Source: a virus
Virus record (IMG/VR): IMGVR_UViG_3300043446_003513
Span: 42,680-106,679 of that record
Strand: one strand, 5' to 3'
Length of the DNA stretch: 64,000 bases
The position numbers and the translations under genes are program-made. The notes under the pieces were generated by a model. That model was not told the DNA's origin. It was given only the letters and a program-made list of their open reading frames with translations, and did no database searches. The first letter of the stretch is position 1; every line of letters starts with the position of its first letter. Positions 1 through 6,259 of this stretch are shown piece by piece.

Positions 1-134
1 AGGAATCTGGCTCTGCAATTGATTCCATGGAGCGGACGTACTGGGAGGGACACCTAGACGCCTTGTCAGATATCTACAGTCTCACATATGCATTGGCATT
101 CGAAATTCAAGAAAGGGATTCTCGTGAAGTATAA
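1..134 (+). CDS. hypothetical protein, 5'-truncated by window edge (…ESGSAIDSMERTYWEGHLDALSDIYSLTYALAFEIQERDSREV*)
   Basis: Open frame from nt 3 to TAA 132-134, overlapping the next start; manual translation. Confidence 0.65.
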   Translation, partial: ESGSAIDSMERTYWEGHLDALSDIYSLTYALAFEIQERDSREV

Positions 135-303
135 AGTATACGGTCGTAAGAACCAAGATTTTATAATTACAGTAAATGCTACAAGTCCTGAGGAGGCTGC
201 AAGCATTGCAAATGGAATGTCTTCACATCTATGGACTGAGATTGAAACGGACGACGTCATCGAAGCAATTGACGTTGTTGACTATGAATTGGGGAATCGA
301 TAA
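124..303 (+). CDS. small hypothetical phage protein (MKYKVYGRK…)
   Basis: ORF 88..303; GTG at 124 preceded by AAGGGA is the likelier start; TAATG coupling to the next gene. Confidence 0.7.
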   Translation: MKYKVYGRKNQDFIITVNATSPEEAASIANGMSSHLWTEIETDDVIEAIDVVDYELGNR

Positions 304-437
304 TGGAGACTACTAAGGCCCATATCTCAGACGTTTTAAAGAAGGTCCAGTCCCTTATGGACTCAGGATCCCTGCACGAGCTGGATGAGGCCTATAGCCT
401 CATCTCAGATTTAATTAATGATATCGAGATGTCCTAA
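303..437 (+). CDS. 44-aa hypothetical protein (METTKAHISDVLKKVQ…IEMS), not in ORF track
   Basis: ATG overlaps the upstream TAA; stop TAA 435-437. Confidence 0.65.
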   Translation: METTKAHISDVLKKVQSLMDSGSLHELDEAYSLISDLINDIEMS

Positions 438-490
438 TTGGGGGCGGAAAAACCCAGTTACGGAAATAACTAAATATAGGCGGAAAGCTG

Positions 491-519
491 TTTACAAATC
501 CTTGTAAATGGTATATAAT
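491..519 (+). promoter_or_regulatory. sigma70/HrdB-type promoter
   Basis: TTTACA(491-496)-17 bp-TATAAT(514-519), followed by SD GAAAGGA and ATG 545. Confidence 0.8.
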
Positions 520-544
520 TAAAAAGATCATGAAAGGATCTAAA

Positions 545-688
545 ATGACAACAAAGCGAGAATATCTAAAGTCCAAGGGAATCACAGTTGGAGCCCGTGG
601 CCGTTTTTCAGGTGCAGCTAAGCAAGCCATTCAAGAGGCTTTGCAAAAGGGTGTAACCTTCACAGATGAGAAGGCCCCACGCAAGTAA
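545..688 (+). CDS. 47-aa Lsr2-like DNA-binding (AT-hook RGR) microprotein, not in ORF track
   Basis: MTTKREYLKSKGITVGARGRFSGAAKQAIQEALQKGVTFTDEKAPRK matches the Lsr2 C-terminal pattern R(E)[W/Y]xxxxGxxVxxRGR[I/F]; has its own promoter, SD and terminator. Confidence 0.75.
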   Translation: MTTKREYLKSKGITVGARGRFSGAAKQAIQEALQKGVTFTDEKAPRK

Positions 689-701
689 CCTGAACTAATA
701 C

Positions 702-742
702 GGAGGGATGGTTGAGGAGACTTGCCATCCCTCCTTTCATTT
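702..742 (+). terminator. intrinsic terminator after the Lsr2-like gene
   Basis: GGAGGGATGG(702-711)/CCATCCCTCC(725-734) 10-bp stem followed by TTTCATTT. Confidence 0.7.
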
Positions 743-750
743 GGTAGAAT
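722..750 (+). promoter_or_regulatory. promoter overlapping the terminator stem
   Basis: TTGCCA(722-727)-17 bp-TAGAAT(745-750) with TGn extension. Confidence 0.65.
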
Positions 751-770
751 TGAACATTTGAGAGGCGGAC

Positions 771-1049
771 ATGAAGAAAAAGATACCTGAGGCAAAAGTA
801 GTAGAGGCTCTAGCAAGCCTATTAGATAATTACTGGTTCAACCCCAAGATATTCGCAAATCTAATTGTTAACGAATATCCACTATATACCCAAGATAAAC
901 TAACTGAGTTAATTGTAGAGATAGTAAGATATCAGAAGCAACGCTTCTCACACGAGTTGGAGCACGGTGAGACGTCTTCGGGACTGCTCTTCTCCGAGTA
1001 CATTGGGTCCATTATCGAAGCAAATGAGGGCAGCAATGGCCAGGGCTGA
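771..1049 (+). CDS. hypothetical protein
   Basis: 92-aa ORF downstream of a promoter; AGGCGGA before ATG. Confidence 0.75.
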   Translation: MKKKIPEAKVVEALASLLDNYWFNPKIFANLIVNEYPLYTQDKLTELIVEIVRYQKQRFSHELEHGETSSGLLFSEYIGSIIEANEGSNGQG

Positions 1050-1230
1050 ATTCGATAGCTTAGGAAGAAGCAATCGGCTCAAAAGAGGCAAGCGGGCCCA
1101 GGATAAAGACTATGCATGGCAAATGACTAAGAAGATAATTGATCGGCGGAAGGCCGATAAACAAAAAGAAATAGATCTCTATAATGAACTTTGTGGTCCA
1201 GTAACTATAACATATATAGATAAGAACTAA
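1036..1230 (+). CDS. small basic hypothetical protein
   Basis: ORF 967..1230; ATG 1036 with upstream GAGG is the likelier start; ends just before a terminator. Confidence 0.65.
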   Translation: MARAEFDSLGRSNRLKRGKRAQDKDYAWQMTKKIIDRRKADKQKEIDLYNELCGPVTITYIDKN

Positions 1231-1248
1231 TTAGATATATCTTCCCCT

Positions 1249-1281
1249 TATGCCCAAGTTTTATTGCTTGGGCATATTTTT
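1249..1281 (+). terminator. intrinsic terminator ending the + strand block
   Basis: TATGCCCAAG/CTTGGGCATA 10-bp stem followed by a T-run. Confidence 0.8.
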
Positions 1282-1295
1282 ATGGGCAAAATCAA

Positions 1296-1472
1296 GGGCC
1301 AAATGTCTGCTTTACGACATATGATCAAAAATCCCAGAAATTTACATATAAATCTATCAATATGTCGACAAATCTATATAGAATTATACCAATTTAGATC
1401 TAAATCTGCTAAAATTTAGTCAAAATATGGGCCATTTTTCTCGTTTACGAGGGCATATAAAATGTCCCTGAA
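1296..1472. repeat. two gapless imperfect 44-bp direct repeats (1296-1339 and 1429-1472)
   Basis: Shared blocks GGGCCA-N9-TTTACGA-N14-TCCCnGAA; 29/44 identities by manual alignment. Confidence 0.6.
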
Positions 1473-1480
1473 CGGTACAA

Positions 1481-1540
1481 ATTGGACATATATGGACAAA
1501 GTGGAGCAAAATGGTATTAAGTGGGGCATTATGGGGTGGC
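1481..1540 (+). repeat. 10-bp-phased (G/A)TGG array, MraZ-box-like
   Basis: GTGGAGCAAA ATGGTATTAA GTGGGGCATT ATGGGGTGGC; TGG at 1502, 1512, 1522, 1532, and also 1483 and 1493. Confidence 0.55.
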
Positions 1541-1618
1541 TCAATTACTCATATATAAATTTGTCGATATATCTCTAGTAATTAGACCAATATCTATAGT
1601 CATTTAGATCATAGGATA

Positions 1619-1876
1619 CTAGTCAGAATAGCCTTTAAAGGGCTTATAAGGCCATTTAAGAGGGCGGGAGAATCTCTTGATAGTGTTCTCTTTTGGCTCA
1701 TTTGATGAATTTTTATCAAGGCTATTAAGCCTTCTAATGGCATCAGTATAGCCTTTGAGAACAGTCTCGTAATTGGCATTTAATTTCTCGTATTTGGAAT
1801 ATATCATAATATACTGTCCTACGATATATATAAAGGCTATTGTAGTTATTATAGATACTACTTGGTAGATTACCAT
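1619..1876 (-). CDS. small membrane-anchored protein
   Basis: N-terminal hydrophobic helix followed by a coiled/basic tail; ATG 1876. Confidence 0.6.
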   Translation of the reverse strand: MVIYQVVSIITTIAFIYIVGQYIMIYSKYEKLNANYETVLKGYTDAIRRLNSLDKNSSNEPKENTIKRFSRPLKWPYKPFKGYSD

Positions 1877-2061
1877 TGAGCTTCCCCGTCCCATTCTGCC
1901 AGAATTTCCATGGCTTTTATGAGGCTAGTTTCTGGGATGTCATTAAATAGGATACGGTTCTTTTCTGTATGCCTAGTCCAGCCCCGCCATCCCTGCCTAT
2001 CCTGCCACATTTTACTGGCAGTATTATGACGATCCAAAAGATGATTATTTATTGTATCCAT
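1870..2061 (-). CDS. hypothetical protein
   Basis: 63-aa ORF overlapping neighbours; SD GGAG. Confidence 0.6.
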   Translation of the reverse strand: MDTINNHLLDRHNTASKMWQDRQGWRGWTRHTEKNRILFNDIPETSLIKAMEILAEWDGEAQW

Positions 2062-2201
2062 TTATCTCCATCCCAATTCTTTTTAGCCCATTCTGCAACG
2101 AAGTCTGCCGAATCTACGCATGGTCTACATAGCCAAAGCATCTTATCTCCGTCCTGGTAAGCGTAGCTTCCCTTTCGGAGGCATGTGTCGCATCTAGTCA
2201 T
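2049..2201 (-). CDS. 50-aa zinc-finger-like microprotein (MTRCDTC…CRPC…), not in ORF track
   Basis: Two CxxC motifs; start overlaps the upstream stop. Confidence 0.65.
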   Translation of the reverse strand: MTRCDTCLRKGSYAYQDGDKMLWLCRPCVDSADFVAEWAKKNWDGDKWIQ

Positions 2202-2398
2202 CATAAAATTTCCTTCTCTCGCGTCGCACTTTTCGCACTTTCTGTCGAATTGTGATCTAATTTAACTATATGGTAATTATTTTTCTCTAATATATACATA
2301 ATGAATTTAGCCATCTGTCTAGGCTCGTCTGGAAGCCCATATTGATATTGATGATATAAGCCTTCCTGTAATATATAGAATGGAGTATCTTTATTCAC
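2201..2398 (-). CDS. hypothetical protein
   Basis: 65-aa ORF; GTGA overlap with the upstream gene. Confidence 0.6.
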   Translation of the reverse strand: MNKDTPFYILQEGLYHQYQYGLPDEPRQMAKFIMYILEKNNYHIVKLDHNSTESAKSATREKEIL

Positions 2399-2589
2399 TT
2401 TACATCCTTCATAATAAAAGCCGCTGCTTCATCGTAGCCAGCCTCTACTAACATATCCGCCACTGTTTCCCTTTCAAGCTTACGAGCCTTTGTACAGCCG
2501 CTGCAAGGGCATTTCCAGGACGTCTTCCTGTAGGTTATTTGATCCCTGGGTGGTCTTAAATGATCCGTCTCTGCCGCTTCTAAATCCAT
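2395..2589 (-). CDS. hypothetical protein with CxCxxC motif
   Basis: 64-aa ORF, WKCPCSGCTKAR; GGAGGCGGA before ATG. Confidence 0.7.
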   Translation of the reverse strand: MDLEAAETDHLRPPRDQITYRKTSWKCPCSGCTKARKLERETVADMLVEAGYDEAAAFIMKDVK

Positions 2590-2630
2590 TTCCGCCTCCG
2601 TGTAAAGTATATAATATTAAAATATTCTAG

Positions 2631-2819
2631 TCAACCACATTTAGGACATTGATATTTACTATGAACACATGATGGAAGTTTACGATAAATACTAAAATCA
2701 TTTAACCAAGATATAATTACTGTGGTAGTAGTATTGCATTGATTAGCTATTTCTTCTACTGATCTTTTTTGATTAACATATTGTTCTATTAACCATTTTT
2801 TGTCTGTAAATTTCGCCAA
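2631..2819 (-). CDS. small helix-turn-helix protein with C-terminal Cys/His cluster
   Basis: WLIEQYVNQKRSVEEIANQC… HTH pattern; paralogous to 25048..25194. Confidence 0.65.
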   Translation of the reverse strand: MAKFTDKKWLIEQYVNQKRSVEEIANQCNTTTTVIISWLNDFSIYRKLPSCVHSKYQCPKCG

Positions 2820-2902
2820 GGGCTTTCCTCCGCCTCATCAATATAGTCATCCATATTTTTGGTGTGATCGATAGTACAATTTCCACATGCCCTACACATC
2901 AT
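2789..2902 (-). CDS. 37-aa Cys-rich microprotein (MMCRACGNCTIDH…), not in ORF track
   Basis: ATGA overlap with the oxygenase stop; CxxCxxCxxxH motif. Confidence 0.55.
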   Translation of the reverse strand: MMCRACGNCTIDHTKNMDDYIDEAEESPWRNLQTKNG

Positions 2903-3456
2903 GGCATAAAATATCCAGGATGAGGAAATATATAATCCATATAGGCATATCTAGTTCCAGATAAAACCTCCTGAGTATAATGATTTGTTTCTGGTAAGTA
3001 ATCAAATATTAATAAATCATTGTGTTCTGGCTTATATTTAAAGTTTAAGTTAGGAAATACTATTTCCCCTCCAGTAAAATCTCCTAAATACCAAGCTATT
3101 TTATAATCTATGAAGCTATTTGATTCATGTTTTGAAATTTCAGACTTTTGACCAGTTCTCAATCTTATAAAATTAATATGCTGATAGGTCCAATGTGTTG
3201 GTGCCAACATGTCTATTAATGGATCATGAACATCTTGATAACTTATTATATCAACCCCACATTTATCTTCCCAATAGGTTCCTTGTATATCGCCAGACTC
3301 ATAGTTTTCATGTTCGTACCAAACACTTTCTGGGTGGGAATTCAATATAGATATATATTTGTCAGCTATCGACAAATCAAAAAAGTTTTTATATAAATAT
3401 ACATGATCATTTAATTTAATTATTTTTTGATCTGTCAATAGCCGTGGAGTATTCAT
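2899..3456 (-). CDS. 2OG-Fe(II) oxygenase, prolyl-4-hydroxylase-like
   Basis: YLGDFTGGEIVFP…H…V.SGTRY signature; the first motif reads H-E-S rather than HxD. Confidence 0.8.
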   Translation of the reverse strand: MNTPRLLTDQKIIKLNDHVYLYKNFFDLSIADKYISILNSHPESVWYEHENYESGDIQGTYWEDKCGVDIISYQDVHDPLIDMLAPTHWTYQHINFIRLRTGQKSEISKHESNSFIDYKIAWYLGDFTGGEIVFPNLNFKYKPEHNDLLIFDYLPETNHYTQEVLSGTRYAYMDYIFPHPGYFMP

Positions 3457-3457
3457 T

Positions 3458-3967
3458 TTAAGCCGATAAGATTTTTGAAATTGCATTTATTGTTGATGCA
3501 ATTCTTCCAATATCTCTAAGTTGTTCCGTAGAGTATCCTTCTTGCTTTAAAGTGTCATAATGAGCTTTCACACAAAAATGGCACTTTCCAATTATTGATG
3601 CTACTAATGAGTAGGCTTCAAACTTGCCCTTGGTAGTTCCGCCATGACTTGAAATAGCATTCATTCTTAATTGAGCTGGAAGACCTTTTAAGTCTTTATC
3701 TCCCGCCATCTCAATATACGGGTACCAAATATTATTTTGAGCCATTAATGATGCAGCAGTAAGAGCGGCATCTCTTTCAGTAACATTATCAGCGCTTGCT
3801 AAAATAAAAGTTAAAAGCTTACTGTTTCCTGTAGCAAATGCAGCAGAAATAGATAAATACTTTGCTTCTTCTGGATCAATAGAAGATCTATTAATAACTG
3901 CATCTAGATTTAACTTAATATCTTTAGCGTAATCAGGAATAGACTCTTTTAGTTGATCAACCCACAT
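3458..3967 (-). CDS. ahpD: alkylhydroperoxidase AhpD
   Basis: PDYAKDIKLNL, MAQNNIWY, GKCHFCVKAH (CxxC-H); directly downstream of ahpC. Confidence 0.93.
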   Translation of the reverse strand: MWVDQLKESIPDYAKDIKLNLDAVINRSSIDPEEAKYLSISAAFATGNSKLLTFILASADNVTERDAALTAASLMAQNNIWYPYIEMAGDKDLKGLPAQLRMNAISSHGGTTKGKFEAYSLVASIIGKCHFCVKAHYDTLKQEGYSTEQLRDIGRIASTINAISKILSA

Positions 3968-4502
3968 TTAATGTGTCTCCACCCAAAGGTCTGTTGCATG
4001 CACAAAGTTCTCCAGTTTGCAAGGCGTCCAAAACTCTCAAAGCTTCGTCTGCATTGCGACCAACGTCTAGATTATTGCAAGTAACATGTTGAATAATATT
4101 ATCTGGATCTACAATAAATGTTGCACGATATGTAACTCCAGATGAATGGTGAACGCCTAAATCATTTGCTAATTGGTGCGCCGTATCTGCAAATGACCAA
4201 GAATTTGTTTTTCTTAGATCTTCATGAGCATTTCTCCAGGCCACCTTACAAAATTCATTATCGACAGAACCAGTCATTAATACTGCATCACGGTCGTTAA
4301 AATCATTGACTAACTTATCATATGCAACAATTTCTGTTGGACATACAAAAGTAAAGTCTTTTGGATAAAAAACAATTATTTTCCATTTTCCAGGAAATGA
4401 ATCTTGTGTAATAGTTTCGAAAGTTGAATCGTCATAAGTTAAAGCTCCTGGCTTAACACCAGTAACAGCAAAATCTCCTAATTTGCTTCCAACAGTTTTC
4501 AT
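3957..4502 (-). CDS. ahpC: 2-Cys peroxiredoxin AhpC
   Basis: FYPKDFTFVCPTE, GRN.DE.LRVLDALQ, LCACN. Confidence 0.96.
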   Translation of the reverse strand: MKTVGSKLGDFAVTGVKPGALTYDDSTFETITQDSFPGKWKIIVFYPKDFTFVCPTEIVAYDKLVNDFNDRDAVLMTGSVDNEFCKVAWRNAHEDLRKTNSWSFADTAHQLANDLGVHHSSGVTYRATFIVDPDNIIQHVTCNNLDVGRNADEALRVLDALQTGELCACNRPLGGDTLNVG

Positions 4503-4525
4503 TTTTCTCCTTTGTGTAGGGTTTT

Positions 4526-4554
4526 AGTATACAAAATGTTTTTGTATCTGTCAA
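4526..4554 (-). promoter_or_regulatory. promoter for ahpC-ahpD
   Basis: TTGACA-17 bp-TATACT on the - strand; SD AAGGAG upstream of ATG. Confidence 0.8.
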
Positions 4555-4586
4555 AAAAAATAATAGCTCGCATAAGCGAGCTATTA
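4553..4586 (-). terminator. intrinsic terminator closing the micropeptide operon
   Basis: TAATAGCTCGC/GCGAGCTATTA 11-bp stem plus 8 T on the - strand. Confidence 0.85.
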
Positions 4587-4600
4587 CTATAATGTTATTT

Positions 4601-4804
4601 TTATACTTTTCTGCGACCAGTCTTTTTTGGTTTAATTCCGCCAACGGGCCTTTCTCTACGAATGCCATGTCGGTTTCTATCTACAACTAATCCTTGTTTT
4701 GGATATTTTCTTGTAGCCTGTTCGCTTGTTACAGCTCCTGCTGGAGCTGAATTTGGTGGCGGAACCATTCCAGTTCCATCATCCTTTTTAAAATTTTCAG
4801 ACAT
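4601..4804 (-). CDS. small basic disordered protein
   Basis: 67-aa ORF, Pro/Lys/Arg-rich, ends before the terminator. Confidence 0.7.
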   Translation of the reverse strand: MSENFKKDDGTGMVPPPNSAPAGAVTSEQATRKYPKQGLVVDRNRHGIRRERPVGGIKPKKTGRRKV

Positions 4805-4807
4805 TAA

Positions 4808-4981
4808 TTAATCCTCTTCTGCATTTAAAGGATTTTCTAATTCTGACTCATTTTCCATTTCAGAAATTTCAAGATTCAATCCCTGATATGCTGCATTTGA
4901 TCCAAGAGGGTTCATTGAGTCAGTAGAAAACATTCCACCAGAACGAATAACTTGAGGCTCTCCATTAATATTTTGTATCAT
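4808..4981 (-). CDS. 57-aa acidic microprotein (MIQNINGEPQ…NAEED), not in ORF track
   Basis: SD GGAGG; TAATG coupling to the upstream ORF. Confidence 0.65.
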   Translation of the reverse strand: MIQNINGEPQVIRSGGMFSTDSMNPLGSNAAYQGLNLEISEMENESELENPLNAEED

Positions 4982-5079
4982 TACATGTCCTCCTTTTTTG
5001 ATTCGAGTGACATTGTCTTAGCATCTTTTAATGGTACACCCATAAAATCTTCGCTGTCACAACCACACATAGCGCACAT
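4981..5079 (-). CDS. 32-aa peptide with N-terminal MCxxCGC motif, not in ORF track
   Basis: MCAMCGCDSEDFMGVPLKDAKTMSLESKKEDM; starts 1 nt after the upstream stop and is coupled to the downstream ORF. Confidence 0.6.
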   Translation of the reverse strand: MCAMCGCDSEDFMGVPLKDAKTMSLESKKEDM

Positions 5080-5080
5080 A

Positions 5081-5284
5081 TTAGTTTCCTGCGCCGAAGT
5101 TACGAGTCTCTTCTACAGAGTGGACCATTTTGTTTGTTAATCCAGCTTCTCCCTGTGAAGACTTGTCTTGTGCTGCTGGGAATGATCCTGTCGCTGGAGA
5201 ATAGTCTCCCGACGCATTAATACCATTTGTTCCTGCTGCACGACGATTTGCTGTAAAACCGTCCATGTTAATTCCGTTTGTCAT
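5081..5284 (-). CDS. small Gly/Asn-rich disordered protein with repeated TNGIN
   Basis: 67-aa ORF; SD AGGAG; TGnTATAAT promoter at 5338-5346. Confidence 0.7.
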   Translation of the reverse strand: MTNGINMDGFTANRRAAGTNGINASGDYSPATGSFPAAQDKSSQGEAGLTNKMVHSVEETRNFGAGN

Positions 5285-5352
5285 TATATCTCCTATAGGT
5301 TATATTTAAGCGGGTCTAGAAGTCCGCTCATCAGTCTATTATAGCATTTAAA

Positions 5353-6030
5353 TCAACTAAAAGTACTTAGTTGGCCTAGGTCGTTTAAAGTAATTGGTCT
5401 CTCTTTTGGGTAAGAATTTGGTGGGGTATTTTTACCAGAACCAGGGGTGTCAGTTAAGAATATAACAACATTGTGTCTTTCCCCACTAATTATCTCAAAA
5501 ACCTCGTGAGGAACTGATTTGTTCCCCTCAAAAAATATTAAGGTGCCTTCTTCTGGCTTCAATATTAAATTTTGTAAAGGAAAGGATATCTCTCCGCCAG
5601 AGTATTCGTTTGGATTATTTAAATACAAAAGAGCAGATTTATCATTTTCAAAACCAGGCCGTCCTTTAAAGCTTTCAGTAGTTGAGTCTAAATAATAATT
5701 ATCCATGTGTAATTTATTTTTAGATCCTGGCACCATTTTGTTGTAATGTATATTTCTTACAAAATATCTTGATCCATATTTATCTGAAATTGTCTTTGCA
5801 ATACATGTGGCAAGCATGGTAACTAAATCTATTGCAATGTTGTAATTGCTATCAATTGTATATTCTGAAATTGGATTTCCGAGTTTTAAGTGATCTTCTG
5901 TTTGATTTTTTGAAAACCCGCCAAATACACCTGGATCTGGTGTTTCAACAGTATTTGGTCCAATTGTTTTGTATAAAAATTTTGCAGTATCTGAAGAAAT
6001 ATAACTTTTAATTATATTTATTTCTTGCAT
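5353..6030 (-). CDS. 2OG-Fe(II) oxygenase, P4H-like
   Basis: HMD…LYLN…GGEISFP…HEV…GER. Confidence 0.88.
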   Translation of the reverse strand: MQEINIIKSYISSDTAKFLYKTIGPNTVETPDPGVFGGFSKNQTEDHLKLGNPISEYTIDSNYNIAIDLVTMLATCIAKTISDKYGSRYFVRNIHYNKMVPGSKNKLHMDNYYLDSTTESFKGRPGFENDKSALLYLNNPNEYSGGEISFPLQNLILKPEEGTLIFFEGNKSVPHEVFEIISGERHNVVIFLTDTPGSGKNTPPNSYPKERPITLNDLGQLSTFS

Positions 6031-6230
6031 TATTTAACTTTGTTTCCAAATTTAGCCCAAATTCTTTCATGAATATAATACCCTATTGATTCCCACGCAA
6101 TGTAAATTAAAGCCCCCAGGCTGGCATATTCCCATTCGCCAGTAAATAAATAAATTACTCCAGCAACGCCAATTAAATGAAAGGTTTCCCAACTTAATGT
6201 TTTTATTAAACTTTTTTTATTAGATTCCAT
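6030..6230 (-). CDS. DUF2061-like small membrane protein
   Basis: KSLIKTLSW…YYIHERIW with two TM segments. Confidence 0.75.
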   Translation of the reverse strand: MESNKKSLIKTLSWETFHLIGVAGVIYLFTGEWEYASLGALIYIAWESIGYYIHERIWAKFGNKVK

Positions 6231-6259
6231 TATATCCCCTTATATATTATTGTAGCATA

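Noticed and set aside
415-816. - strand ORFs 415..630 and 631..816
   Set aside because: They overlap the better supported + strand promoter, Lsr2-like ORF and terminator
1240-1620. Possible mini-CRISPR array in the non-coding gap
   Set aside because: Only two degenerate 44-bp copies with an 89-bp spacer; no identical repeats with regular 30-40 bp spacers
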